From Alkalimonas sp. (GTDB lineage: Bacteria > Pseudomonadota > Gammaproteobacteria > Enterobacterales > Alteromonadaceae), in assembly GCA_020831935.1 (NCBI GenBank), contig JAFIFR010000001.1, positions 1 to 47,759 of the forward strand: a stretch of DNA of 47,759 bases, given 5' to 3'. The notes below the pieces were generated by a model. The model had not been told where the DNA came from, did no database searches, and was given only the letters and a program-made list of their open reading frames with translations. Each line of letters opens with the position of its first letter. Position 1 is the first letter of the stretch. The translations under genes were made by a program, and so were the position numbers. This document shows positions 1-9,661 of this stretch, one piece after another.

Positions 1-3
1 CGC

Positions 4-1731
4 TTAAGCGCTTTGCAGTTTGCTCTGCATTTCAGTGAGCACCTGATCCAGCTGCAACAGCGATTTGTCGCCACTGCGGCGGTGTTTGTATTCCACCTGC
101 TGTTGGTCGAGGTTTCGCTCACCAATCACGATTTGATGCGGAATGCCCATCAGCTCCATATCAGCAAACATCACACCGGGCCGCTCTTTGCGATCATCAA
201 ACAGTACCTCAAAACCGGCCTCGGTTAATTGCTGATACAGCTGCTCGGCCGCTTGCTGGATCCGCACGGACTTGTGCATGTTCATTGGAATAATGGCGAT
301 TTGGAATGGCGCAATGGCATCCGGCCAGATGATGCCATGCTCATCATGGTTCTGCTCAATGGCAGCGGCCATAATACGGGAGACACCGATGCCATAACAG
401 CCCATGGTCAGGATCTGATTCTTGCCTTCTTCGTTCAGCACACCCGCTTTCATGGCTTGAGAGTATTTGTCGCCCAACTGAAAAATATGGCCAACTTCGA
501 TGCCGCGGCGGATTTCGAGCACGCCCTGGCCGCAAGGGCTGGCGTCACCACTGACCACATTGCGCAAATCGCTGGTTTCAAAGTCAGCGATATCTCGCAA
601 CCAGTTGACACCTGTCAAGTGATGCTCATTCTGGTTGGCACCACAAACAAAGTCGCTTAAATGCGCAGCGCTGTGATCGACCACCAGCGGGATCTCAAGG
701 CCAACAGGGCCAATTGAGCCAGGTTGAGCGCCGGTTAAGGCTTCAATTTCGGCATCGGTGGCAAAGGTCAGCGGTTGGGCCACCCGAGGATGTTTTTCCG
801 CTTTGAGGGCATTGAGCTGGTGATCACCACGCAACATCAGAGCAACAAAGCCTGAATCTTCACCATCTTCGTTGCAGCCACGCACAATCAGGGTTTTGGC
901 AATTTGAGCAGGGGGGACGTTCAGCAAAGCTGCAACGTCCTCAACACTGCCAGCATTCGGGGTGCTGACTTTGGCCAGGGACTGCGATGGCGCCGGGCGC
1001 TCCCCTTGCGGGGGTAAGGCTGCGGCCATTTCGACATTGGCGGCGTAATCGCTGCTGTCTGAAAAGGCGATGGCGTCTTCGCCCGAGCTGGCCAAGACAT
1101 GGAACTCGTGCGAGACACTGCCACCAATGGCACCGCTATCGGCCAACACCGCTCGAAAATCCAGTCCCAGCCGGGTGAAAATATTGCTGTAGGCCTGGTA
1201 CATAGCATTGTACGTTTGTTGCAAACTTTCCTGCGACAGATGAAAAGAGTAGGCATCTTTCATCAGAAACTCGCGGGCACGCATCACGCCAAAGCGTGGG
1301 CGGCGCTCATCGCGGAATTTGGTTTGGATTTGGTACAGGTTCAGTGGCAACTGCTTGTAGCTGGTCACTTCCCGCCGGATCAAGTCGGTGATGACTTCCT
1401 CGTGAGTTGGACCCAGCACAAAGTCACGCTGGTGTCTGTCCTGAAAGCGCAACAATTCGGCATCCATCTGTTCCCAGCGACCACTCTCCTGCCAGAGCTC
1501 AGCATTTTGCACCATCGGCATCAAGACTTCGATGGCGCCAGCTTTGTTGAGCTCTTCGCGAACAATACGCTCCACTTTACGCAGGGTGCGAACGCCAGTT
1601 GGCAGATAGGTATAAAGACCGGAGGCCAACCGACGAACCAGGCCGGCACGGAGCATCAGCTTGTGGCTGATGATTTCAGCATCGGCCGGGTTTTCTTTCA
1701 TAGTGGCGAGTAAGTACTGACTGCTGCGCAT
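4..1731 (-). CDS. proS: Proline--tRNA ligase (bacterial type, with editing domain)
   Basis: N-terminus [30 protein letters not shown]; motifs [29 protein letters not shown] and [11 protein letters not shown]. Start moved from the ORF track's 1956 to ATG 1731. Confidence 0.98.
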   Translation of the reverse strand: MRSSQYLLATMKENPADAEIISHKLMLRAGLVRRLASGLYTYLPTGVRTLRKVERIVREELNKAGAIEVLMPMVQNAELWQESGRWEQMDAELLRFQDRHQRDFVLGPTHEEVITDLIRREVTSYKQLPLNLYQIQTKFRDERRPRFGVMRAREFLMKDAYSFHLSQESLQQTYNAMYQAYSNIFTRLGLDFRAVLADSGAIGGSVSHEFHVLASSGEDAIAFSDSSDYAANVEMAAALPPQGERPAPSQSLAKVSTPNAGSVEDVAALLNVPPAQIAKTLIVRGCNEDGEDSGFVALMLRGDHQLNALKAEKHPRVAQPLTFATDAEIEALTGAQPGSIGPVGLEIPLVVDHSAAHLSDFVCGANQNEHHLTGVNWLRDIADFETSDLRNVVSGDASPCGQGVLEIRRGIEVGHIFQLGDKYSQAMKAGVLNEEGKNQILTMGCYGIGVSRIMAAAIEQNHDEHGIIWPDAIAPFQIAIIPMNMHKSVRIQQAAEQLYQQLTEAGFEVLFDDRKERPGVMFADMELMGIPHQIVIGERNLDQQQVEYKHRRSGDKSLLQLDQVLTEMQSKLQSA

Positions 1732-1765
1732 GGGTGACCTTGTCTGCGGTTCGAAAAATTGCCGT

Positions 1766-1801
1766 ATTCTAGCAAGGGCATGGCAGCAACGCCATGCCCT
1801 T
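1766..1801 (-). promoter_or_regulatory. Extended -10 promoter (TGcTAGAAT) for proS, with an adjacent 11-bp hairpin
   Basis: Minus-strand TGCTAGAAT at 1774-1766. Inverted repeat AAGGGCATGGC-agcaac-GCCATGCCCTT at 1774-1801, just after the Kelch gene stop. Confidence 0.55.
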
Positions 1802-1808
1802 TCTGCAG

Positions 1809-2861
1809 CTATTTTACCCGTTCGATTGCATGGGGAATGACCTGAGGTGTCACTGCTTGATCGGCCAACATGCCGCCAATGGAATAAATTTGGTCGTTTA
1901 CCTTGACCAGACCCTGCAGGTCCATCACCGCAGTGGTCGGTTTGGCTTCCAGCCATTGCTGCTTTTTCGGCGCATACAGCCAGACATTGGCTTCAGGCTC
2001 GGCTTTGTTGCCTTGCTCATTGCTGCCATCAAAGTGGTAAAAGGTCTGGCTGCCACCGATAAAGGCGGCAACAGGTTCACCATCGACCTGGGTATCGATA
2101 CCTGCCATCCGAAAGCGTGCCTTCCCTGTAGGGTGGGGTATGGGTTGCCATTGAATGCGCAGTGCATTGCGTGAGTTAATTGTGCCTTGGTAGCAAGCCG
2201 GCTCGGTCGCCTTAACACGCTCACCACTTTGGTAGTTCAGGCCGACGCCATCGCAAAAAACAATGGTGTCCTCGACCAGAGCGCCAGCCAGGCCCCAGGT
2301 GGCTCGCCCAGGCATCGGACTGGCCTGGCTCCACTGCTGGGTAAAGTTATCAAACACCTGCACCAGATTGACGGCGCCATCATCACTCCAGCCTCCAATC
2401 AGATAAATGTAACGGTCCTGGTAGGTCAGGGCCAGGCTATCGTCCACCGGCACTGGAATTGGATTGACTCTGTTGTAGCGCTGGGTCACCGGGTTAAAAC
2501 GGTAACTCTCAGCCGAGGTCGTGCGGTTGCCCTGACGGTCAATGCTGTAACCGCCAAAAACAAAAAAGTTGTTGTTCAACGCCACTGCATTGGCCGCCAC
2601 TCGTCCGGCCAAGCGCGACTGACTGGGCACATCCGGCATGCTGCTCCAGCCAAACTCCCCGACGGTATGCACCCAGACTTTGTTGTGCAAATCCTGGCTA
2701 GTTTTACCGGGGCCTATGCCCATCATGCTGATCACATAGGTTTTACCACGCACCGTTGCACTGGCAACGGCGTTGTTGCTGACCGGTTCGGGCAGAGGGG
2801 GCAAGGCCAGTGCACTGCCACTAACCAGCAGGGTCACCAAGGGGAGTGATCGCATAGACAT
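1809..2861 (-). CDS. Secreted Kelch-repeat beta-propeller protein
   Basis: Signal peptide ([19 protein letters not shown]); repeated Kelch GG motifs FVFGGY, YLIGGW, AFIGGS, YSIGGM; AGGAG 9 nt upstream of the ATG. Confidence 0.85.
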   Translation of the reverse strand: MSMRSLPLVTLLVSGSALALPPLPEPVSNNAVASATVRGKTYVISMMGIGPGKTSQDLHNKVWVHTVGEFGWSSMPDVPSQSRLAGRVAANAVALNNNFFVFGGYSIDRQGNRTTSAESYRFNPVTQRYNRVNPIPVPVDDSLALTYQDRYIYLIGGWSDDGAVNLVQVFDNFTQQWSQASPMPGRATWGLAGALVEDTIVFCDGVGLNYQSGERVKATEPACYQGTINSRNALRIQWQPIPHPTGKARFRMAGIDTQVDGEPVAAFIGGSQTFYHFDGSNEQGNKAEPEANVWLYAPKKQQWLEAKPTTAVMDLQGLVKVNDQIYSIGGMLADQAVTPQVIPHAIERVK

Positions 2862-3540
2862 AGTGATGATCTCCTGTCACTTTCCATTGAATGTTTAGAT
2901 TATAGAGTGTCATACCATAGCTCTGTTCGCCAGTCTGCTTCTTTTTGTAAGGTGGCCTTGGGTCTTGTTTTAACACCTTTTCAATCAATAGCTTTAGCTC
3001 AGGCTGGCTGATTTGACTCTGGCAATAGTGCTCTGCTTCAGCAGAGAAGCTAACGGTCATGCCGGTTTCCGGGGCACTGTCGGCAAAACTTGCTTGTGCA
3101 TCCGGGATGGCATCTGAATAAGGCAAGTAGGGCTTGATATCCAGGATGGGGGTACCATCCAGTAGGTCGATCCCTGCTAAATCCAACTGCCATTGCTTGT
3201 TGACACAGCGCGCACCTTCCAATTGTACGACCGACAGGCCAATTGGATTAGGCCGAAAGGTCGCTCGGGTGGCAAACACACCTTTGCGTTGGTTCCCCCC
3301 CAGCCGTGGTGGGCGTACCATGGGCGACCAGCCTTTGCCTGCTGTTTCGTGAAACACAAAGACCAGCCACAGATGGCTGAACTCTTCGATGCCACGAATA
3401 AAGGGCTCTGCGTTGAACTCCGGAGCAAATATCAACTGAGCCTTGGCTTCAGGAACCAGGCCCGGCTGCCTGGGGATGGCGAATTTCTGTTTGTAAGGGG
3501 ACTGGATTGTCGCGATAACATCAAAGGTACACTGCTGCAT
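2821..3540 (-). CDS. trmO: tRNA (N6-threonylcarbamoyladenosine(37)-N6)-methyltransferase TrmO (TsaA)
   Basis: Motifs SPYKQKFAIPRQPGLV, VRPPRLGGN, GVFATRATFRPNPIGLS and DLLDGTPILDIKPY; syntenic with proS. Start set at MQQCTF. Confidence 0.95.
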   Translation of the reverse strand: MQQCTFDVIATIQSPYKQKFAIPRQPGLVPEAKAQLIFAPEFNAEPFIRGIEEFSHLWLVFVFHETAGKGWSPMVRPPRLGGNQRKGVFATRATFRPNPIGLSVVQLEGARCVNKQWQLDLAGIDLLDGTPILDIKPYLPYSDAIPDAQASFADSAPETGMTVSFSAEAEHYCQSQISQPELKLLIEKVLKQDPRPPYKKKQTGEQSYGMTLYNLNIQWKVTGDHHYVYAITPLGDPAG

Positions 3541-3705
3541 GCTGTCGAAGGTCCGCACTAAACAATGACTTAGTATGCCAGTTAACGTCTTAAAGTACCA
3601 TTTCATTGAATGGTGCTGATTTAGACGTCTTTATTTCTGGATGGTTGCGTCGTACTATGTTCATCTGGACAATAGAAGTTTGCCCCCCTGAAACAGTGAG
3701 CAGCT

Positions 3706-4542
3706 ATGGAACGTAAAATTTTAAGAACAGAATGCCCGGATTCGAAAGGATTGATTGCTGGTATAACCGGTATCTGCTTTGAGCACCAGCTTAATATTAT
3801 TCGCAATACCGAGTACGTCGATCCGGTATCGGGCCAGTTTTACATGCGGACCGAACTGGAAGGCCAATTTAATGACGCTGCTCTGCTGCAGCAACTGGAC
3901 CAAATGCTGCCCGCAGGCAGTGAACGCAGTTTATTGCCGGTCAGTCGTCGCAAGCGCATGGTCATATTGGTCACACGTGAATCGCACTGCCTGGGCGATA
4001 TTTTAATGAAGGTGTTCGATGGTAGCTTGCAACTGGATATTGCTGCTGTGGTGGGCAATTACCCGGAGCTGGCGGATTTAGCAGAACGCTTTGGCATTCC
4101 TTTTCATCATGTCTGCCATCTGGATAAGAGCCGTCAGGCCCATGAGCAAGCCCTGCTGGAAGTGATTGAGTCGTATCAACCGGATTATTTGGTGCTGGCT
4201 AAATTTATGCGGATATTAACACCGGAATTCGTCGAACGTTACCCCGAGCGTATTATCAATATTCATCACAGTTTTTTACCGGCTTTTATTGGCGCCAAGC
4301 CTTATCAGCAAGCCTTTGAACGCGGTGTGAAAATCATTGGTGCAACGGCCCATTTTGTAAATAATGCACTGGATGAAGGGCCTATCATTGAACAAATGGT
4401 CAGCCGGGTCGATCACAATTACAGTGCGCAGGATATGGCAAAGGCCGGTCGTGATGTTGAAAAAGCGGCTTTAACCGAAGCGCTGAAACTTATTCAGGAA
4501 GATAGGGTCTTTGTCCACGGCAATAAAACAGTTCTGCTTTAA
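3706..4542 (+). CDS. purU: Formyltetrahydrofolate deformylase
   Basis: N-terminal ACT domain; HCLGD; LAKFMRILTP; INIHHSFLPAFIGAKPY; GVKIIGATAHFV; LDEGPII. Confidence 0.97.
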   Translation: MERKILRTECPDSKGLIAGITGICFEHQLNIIRNTEYVDPVSGQFYMRTELEGQFNDAALLQQLDQMLPAGSERSLLPVSRRKRMVILVTRESHCLGDILMKVFDGSLQLDIAAVVGNYPELADLAERFGIPFHHVCHLDKSRQAHEQALLEVIESYQPDYLVLAKFMRILTPEFVERYPERIINIHHSFLPAFIGAKPYQQAFERGVKIIGATAHFVNNALDEGPIIEQMVSRVDHNYSAQDMAKAGRDVEKAALTEALKLIQEDRVFVHGNKTVLL

Positions 4543-4628
4543 ACACATGACTGGAGTACAATAAGCTGGCTGTGCTAGGATAGTGTGTATTTTATTGTAT
4601 GTCTAAAGTGAATTGTTCAGGAGCGTTT

Positions 4629-5150
4629 ATGTCTGTATTAAGCGATAAAAAAGCTTTAAAAAAAGCAGCGGAAGAACTAACCGTTGTTAAGTTACAAGAA
4701 GTAATCCGGCAATTGAATGATGTACTGGAAAGCCGGCAACGTGAAGCCGAAGCTTTGGCCGAGGTCGAAGAGCTGGTTCGCCAAAAGGGCTTTACTCTTC
4801 AGCAGTTAGGCATATCCGTACAGCATGAGCTGGCGCCAGCAAGCACTGATGTTGTGACGGAAAAACGTCCGGTGAAACCTAAGCTAAAGTCCATCAATAA
4901 AGAAAAACAATACTTTTATGTGGAAGGCGGTAAGTTGCAGCTTTTAAAAACCCACACCATGAAGCAGGGACTGCGTGATCGTGGCATTTCAATTCTATCA
5001 TTTGCCGATGTCAGTAAAAAACATCAAAAAGAAGTCCAGGCTTTGTTGGCAGATGCTGAGCAGCAAGCCATTAAAAACTTCAATGCCAAAGTTCAAGTCT
5101 GGAATCAATGGGCTCAGCAACACGGTGGTGAAATTTTAGAGCCGAAGTAA
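4629..5150 (+). CDS. H-NS-like protein (H-NS N-terminal oligomerisation domain plus atypical C-terminus)
   Basis: VLSDKKALKKAAEELTVVKLQEVIRQLNDVLESRQRE follows the H-NS N-terminal helix pattern; linker KRPVKPK; AGGAG upstream of ATG 4629. Confidence 0.7.
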   Translation: MSVLSDKKALKKAAEELTVVKLQEVIRQLNDVLESRQREAEALAEVEELVRQKGFTLQQLGISVQHELAPASTDVVTEKRPVKPKLKSINKEKQYFYVEGGKLQLLKTHTMKQGLRDRGISILSFADVSKKHQKEVQALLADAEQQAIKNFNAKVQVWNQWAQQHGGEILEPK

Positions 5151-5176
5151 CGGCTTACTAAGTTGACTTCATCAAT

Positions 5177-5212
5177 AAAAGCCCTGCAGTCAATTGGCTG
5201 CAGGGCTTTTTT
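5177..5212. terminator. Bidirectional intrinsic terminator
   Basis: AAAAGCCCTGCAG-tcaattgg-CTGCAGGGCTTTTTT between convergent genes. Confidence 0.9.
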
Positions 5213-5224
5213 AATCAGTCGGTT

Positions 5225-5968
5225 TTATTTAGGCTGGGCGTCCAGCGACTGACCATTCACCTTCAGGCTGTCATCGGCCATCAGATACAGATACAACCAC
5301 ATCAGGTCGGCTGGTGTTTTAAGTTGTTGGGCATTTTCAGCCGGGTAGGCTCTGGCCCGCATGCTGGTGCGGGTTGCGCCCGGGTTAATGCAATTGACCC
5401 GAATATTGCTGCCAGCGTACTCGTCGGCCAGTGTTTGCATCAGGCCTTCGGTGGCAAACTTGGAAACCGCATAACTGCCCCAGTAGGCCCGGCCCTGACG
5501 CCCAACGCCGGATGAAGTAAAGACCACCGAGGCATGTGGCGCTTTGCGCAGAACCGGCATCAAGGCCTGGGTCATTAGCATGGGTCCTGTCAGGTTGACT
5601 TGCAGCACATCCTGCCAGATATCGGCTTTGATGTGCTCAAAGGGAGCTAAACCGCCTAAAATGCCGGCATTGTGCAGCAGGCCATCCAGTCGACCAAATT
5701 CACTGGCGATGGTGGCGGCCATATCCTGGTAGTTTTTTTGGCTGGCGCCTTTTAAATCCAACGGCACGATGGCAGGCTCGGGCCAGCCTTGTGCACAAAT
5801 GGCATCGTAGACTGCGGTCAGCTTTGCCGTGGTTTTTCCCAGCAAGATAACCGTTGCGCCATGACGGGCGAATGTCAACGCTGCTTCTTTACCAATGCCA
5901 TCACCGGCACCGGTCACTAAAATGACTTTATCCGCCAGGGCATTAGGCGGAGCCTGATAACTCTTCAT
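5225..5968 (-). CDS. yciK: YciK-family short-chain dehydrogenase/reductase
   Basis: ILVTGAGDGIG, LLHNAG, SSGVGRQGRAYWGSYAVSK (YxxxK) and INPGATRT; near sohB/topA as in enterobacteria. Start set at MKSYQAP. Confidence 0.92.
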   Translation of the reverse strand: MKSYQAPPNALADKVILVTGAGDGIGKEAALTFARHGATVILLGKTTAKLTAVYDAICAQGWPEPAIVPLDLKGASQKNYQDMAATIASEFGRLDGLLHNAGILGGLAPFEHIKADIWQDVLQVNLTGPMLMTQALMPVLRKAPHASVVFTSSGVGRQGRAYWGSYAVSKFATEGLMQTLADEYAGSNIRVNCINPGATRTSMRARAYPAENAQQLKTPADLMWLYLYLMADDSLKVNGQSLDAQPK

Positions 5969-6086
5969 TGCAGTCTGGGTCCTCGTTTGAAAGGCAGACA
6001 GCATACGCTTTTTGCACTTTTTTTTCATCTTTTGCGATAGAAGCCTTGTTTTCAGCTAGCGATTTCTGTGCGATTGGGTTAAGTTT

Positions 6087-6103
6087 AACTGGTCTAAGCT
6101 GTT
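6087..6103. promoter_or_regulatory. Possible FadR-type operator upstream of the lipase
   Basis: AACTGGTC-T-AAGCTGTT versus consensus AACTGGTCnGACCAGTT: left half 8/8, right half 5/8. Confidence 0.4.
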
Positions 6104-6185
6104 GCTCTAGGCAGCTCAAACTTGAAAAAGATCAGTCAACACGCGTTGTTGCAAAAAACAAAAAAGTGAGGACAGGGGAGAATCT

Positions 6186-8582
6186 ATGAAAAAGCTTGCG
6201 ATTAGTCTGGCTGTGGCTGCTGCATTGGGTCTGGCCGGTTGTGGTGATTCACTGGATGACATTAAGCAGGAGGTAGAGCAGCAGGGATCCCAGGTGATTC
6301 CCGCCGCACGCGTGGTGTTTGATCCAGGTGCGGGTCAAGTATCTGTGCCCAATGATTTGTTGTTTCTGGGCACGACCGATGGCACCTTGACGCTGGACGC
6401 TGATAGTCAGGACTACAGCAATCCGCAAACAGCCTTAGGCGTGCTGGATGGCTGGTCGACCCAAAACCCGTTTAGCATTGAATTGCGTTTTCCGGCGGAC
6501 GTTAGCCTGAACGCACAAAGTGCCAGTGATCCCCAAGCCGTTCGCATTTTTGAAGTGGTGATGGGGGGTCCAACATCCAGCATTGATGCCTGTCGTGAGC
6601 TGCCACAAGGCGTGGCTTGCCAAATGGTCGGTGAGCTGGCATTTGGCCAGGACTTTATTACTGTGCCCAGTGGCAACAACGTCGCTGTGATTCCATTGCG
6701 TCCACTCAAAGGCAAAACTACCTACATCGTAGCTCTGACTGATAGCCTGCGCGACTCCGAAGGACGCTCCATCAAGCCATCCACCACATACGAGCTGTTG
6801 CAGCAGGATTTAGCAACCTTGCCACTTGGTTCTCCGCAGCAACGTCAATTGCAGGGTGTGATCAATAGCTTTGAAGCTGCGGTGTCGTCGGGCGACCTGA
6901 ACCGCTCCAGCATTATTTACACTGCTGCCATCACCACCCAGTCGACAGCAGATGTATTGGCTACCACCAAGCAACTCCTGGCTGCAGGAATTGAGCATGG
7001 TACTCAGCCGGTAGTTCAAGTACAGGATACCGGCTTGCGTGTGTCCGAACTAAGTCCGCAGTTCCCTGCTGAGCAAGGCTTTGGCCTGGTGCGGCTGTTT
7101 CAAGGCAGCGTGACCTTGCCATACTATTCCGGTATTCCCACTGCGGAAAACCCTACCGGGCCACTTAATGAGAGCTGGAAAGCCCGATGTGACAGTGGCG
7201 CCATTATTGCCAGTCTAGGCCCAGAGCAAATTTCGGCGCTGGAGGCGAGCATCACAGACCCGGACCAGTTGCAAAATGATGTTTTTTGTAATGCGGCCTC
7301 AGGTGGTTCTTTACGCGACTTTGGTCTGGATGAGCGCCGTCACTTAACTAAGTTCAACACCATTCCAATGCCACGGATGCAAGCCACTCTGGATGTGCAG
7401 ATGACGCTGCCGGATGAGAATGCCTTTGATATGCCGGCCAATGGTTGGCCGGTGGTGATGTTGCAGCATGGGATCACATCCTGCAAAGAAAATATGCTGG
7501 CGGTCACCAGTGCCTTAACTCAGGCTGGTTTTGCGACTGTGGCCATTGACCACCCTCTGCATGGCAGTCGTGGCTTTGGTGCATTGAACACCTCTGGCGC
7601 CTCTTGCGGACAGCAAGGCAGTGCGACGGTGTACATGAACCTTGGCAATTTGCCAGTGACGCGTGACAACCTGCGGCAGAGTATGGCCGATATGCTGGGG
7701 CTGCGCTTAGCGCTTAACTTCACCCAAGGGGCGAATTTAGATACCAGTCAGGTGCATGTACTGGGGCACTCCTTAGGGGCCATTGCTGGTTCCGGCATGG
7801 TGGCTTTGGCCAATACGCCGACCGGTAATCCGCAACTGGATGCCCTTTATCAGGTGCGCTCTGTTGGCTTGGCAATGCCTGGTGGTGCAGTAGCCAACTT
7901 CTTGTTGGACTCGCCGCAATTTGGCGGTCTCATTAAAGCCAACGTCATTTTAGGAGCAGGCGATGCCAGCTCGGCCCGCTTTGCTGCGTTTGCCAATGAT
8001 GGCACCTGTGACGCGCCAACATCAGAAGAGCCAACTGCTGCCGAGCAAAATGCCTTTGCCGCTTGTGCGGCTCAGTACGTTGATGCATTCCTGACGCAGT
8101 TAACCCTTGATGGTGAAGCTGCGCTGCTGGCATCCATTCAAGGGAATTTAACGCGTTTTGCCTTTGCCGCTCAAACCATCACCGATGCCGGCGACCCGAA
8201 CAACTACCTGCATCAGCTGATGGCTTCCGAGACACCGGTGCACATGCTGATGGTGGCCGGCGATGGTGACGCTAACTTGCCAGATCAAGTGATTCCGAAC
8301 GGCTTCTTCTCGCCGATGGCTGCACTGCAAGCCGGCTCCATGCCTTTGGCCGGAACCGAGCCCATGGCCCGTTTACTGCAAGCGGATGCAGTTGTGGAGG
8401 CCGGCGTCAATTTTGTTGAGGGGGCCACCATCAGCCGCTTTAACGCCGGTGATCACGGTTCGATTTTGAGCCCAGCAGCCAGTCTGGAAGTGACTCTGGA
8501 GATGCAGCGGCAAATGGCCAGCTTCTTTGGCAGTGACGGTGCTGTGGTCAACGTGACTGACCCATCGGTGCTGCATGACTAA
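6186..8582 (+). CDS. VolA/Pla-1-family extracellular (phospho)lipase, lipoprotein
   Basis: Lipobox LGLAG-C; VPNDLLF and LDGWST N-terminal motifs; GWPVVMLQHGIT; AIDHPLHGSRG; RDNLRQS; nucleophile GHSLG; DQVIPN; GDHGSIL. Confidence 0.92.
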   Translation: MKKLAISLAVAAALGLAGCGDSLDDIKQEVEQQGSQVIPAARVVFDPGAGQVSVPNDLLFLGTTDGTLTLDADSQDYSNPQTALGVLDGWSTQNPFSIELRFPADVSLNAQSASDPQAVRIFEVVMGGPTSSIDACRELPQGVACQMVGELAFGQDFITVPSGNNVAVIPLRPLKGKTTYIVALTDSLRDSEGRSIKPSTTYELLQQDLATLPLGSPQQRQLQGVINSFEAAVSSGDLNRSSIIYTAAITTQSTADVLATTKQLLAAGIEHGTQPVVQVQDTGLRVSELSPQFPAEQGFGLVRLFQGSVTLPYYSGIPTAENPTGPLNESWKARCDSGAIIASLGPEQISALEASITDPDQLQNDVFCNAASGGSLRDFGLDERRHLTKFNTIPMPRMQATLDVQMTLPDENAFDMPANGWPVVMLQHGITSCKENMLAVTSALTQAGFATVAIDHPLHGSRGFGALNTSGASCGQQGSATVYMNLGNLPVTRDNLRQSMADMLGLRLALNFTQGANLDTSQVHVLGHSLGAIAGSGMVALANTPTGNPQLDALYQVRSVGLAMPGGAVANFLLDSPQFGGLIKANVILGAGDASSARFAAFANDGTCDAPTSEEPTAAEQNAFAACAAQYVDAFLTQLTLDGEAALLASIQGNLTRFAFAAQTITDAGDPNNYLHQLMASETPVHMLMVAGDGDANLPDQVIPNGFFSPMAALQAGSMPLAGTEPMARLLQADAVVEAGVNFVEGATISRFNAGDHGSILSPAASLEVTLEMQRQMASFFGSDGAVVNVTDPSVLHD

Positions 8583-8602
8583 TCTTTGATGCTGTATCTG
8601 CA

Positions 8603-8630
8603 AAAGCCCGGTTTTCCGGGCTTTATTTTT
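8603..8630 (+). terminator. Intrinsic terminator after the lipase
   Basis: AAAGCCCGG-tttt-CCGGGCTTT followed by ATTTTT. Confidence 0.8.
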
Positions 8631-8666
8631 AGGTACAATGCAAAAAAAAGTCAAAAGGAGAGACAC

Positions 8667-9659
8667 TTGGAATTTCTATACGACTATGGCTTGTTCTTAG
8701 CGAAAGCGGCGACCACCGTTTTTGCCATTGCCTTGGTAGCAGGCATTATTGCCAATACCGCCATTCGCCACAAACCGAAAAAAGGCGAGTTTCAGTTTAC
8801 CGATTTGTCGGATGATTTTGCTCAGCTCAAGCAGAACCTCAAGGCGGAACTGTTGGATAAAAAAGCCTTCAAACGCTGGCAAAAAGAGTACAAAAAGCTG
8901 CAAAGCGACGCTAAAAATACCACCTTTGTGATTGATTTTTATGGCAGTATGGGGGCATCCGAAGTGGAGGCCTTGCGCGAAGAGGTGACGGCCATCCTGG
9001 CGGTTGCCGAGCCTGATGACGACGTCCTGGTGCGACTGGAAAGCGGGGGCGGTGTGGTGCACGGCTATGGTCTTGGCGCTTCGCAGCTGGATCGCTTGCG
9101 TCAACACAACATCACGCTCACCGTGGCGGTGGACAAAGTGGCGGCCAGCGGTGGCTACATGATGGCCTGCATAGCCAACCGCATTATTGCGGCCCCCTTC
9201 GCCATTATTGGTTCCATAGGTGTTTTGGCCCAGTTGCCAAACTTTCATCGTTTGCTGCAAAAAAACGACATTGATTTTGAGCAATTCACTGCCGGTGAGT
9301 ACAAAAGAACCGTAACGCTCTTTGGCGAAAATACCGATAAAGGGCGCGAAAAGTTTCAGCAGGACCTGGAACAAACGCATCAGTTGTTCAAAGCCCATGT
9401 GGCGCAGCATCGCGATGTGCTCGATGTTGAGCAAGTTGCAACCGGCGAGTACTGGCTGGCCAGTCAGGCGCTGGAACTAAAGCTGGTGGATGCCTTGCAA
9501 ACCAGCGATGATTTCTTGTTGCAGCGGGTAGAGCAGCGCCGTTTGCTGCAGGTGAAGTTTCAGCCGAAGAAAAATTTGGCCGAGCGGGTAGGCGCTGGTG
9601 CCAGTATGGCCCTGCAACAATTGTGGCAGAAAATGCCCTTTGGGCTCTGGGGCCGCTGA
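8667..9659 (+). CDS. sohB: Inner-membrane S49 peptidase SohB
   Basis: TTG start 6 nt after AAGGAG gives (M)EFLYDYGLFLAK; motifs LESGGGVVHGYGL, VDKVAASGGYMMAC, GSIGV and TAGEYKRT. Confidence 0.95.
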   Translation: MEFLYDYGLFLAKAATTVFAIALVAGIIANTAIRHKPKKGEFQFTDLSDDFAQLKQNLKAELLDKKAFKRWQKEYKKLQSDAKNTTFVIDFYGSMGASEVEALREEVTAILAVAEPDDDVLVRLESGGGVVHGYGLGASQLDRLRQHNITLTVAVDKVAASGGYMMACIANRIIAAPFAIIGSIGVLAQLPNFHRLLQKNDIDFEQFTAGEYKRTVTLFGENTDKGREKFQQDLEQTHQLFKAHVAQHRDVLDVEQVATGEYWLASQALELKLVDALQTSDDFLLQRVEQRRLLQVKFQPKKNLAERVGAGASMALQQLWQKMPFGLWGR

Positions 9660-9661
9660 AG

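Noticed and set aside
1732-1956. 75-aa N-terminal extension of ProS in the ORF track
   Set aside because: It overlaps the Kelch gene and lies upstream of the proS promoter. The conserved ProS N-terminus starts at 1731.
8586-8666. N-terminal extension of SohB from the upstream in-frame start
   Set aside because: It runs through the lipase terminator. TTG 8667 has a strong SD and gives the typical MEFL start.
8697-9434. Long antisense ORFs (for example 8697-9434, 1099-1713, 2187-2849, 34951-35577, 42864-43550, 44140-44844, 46898-47569)
   Set aside because: They are shadows of well-conserved genes on the opposite strand, with no recognisable motifs.
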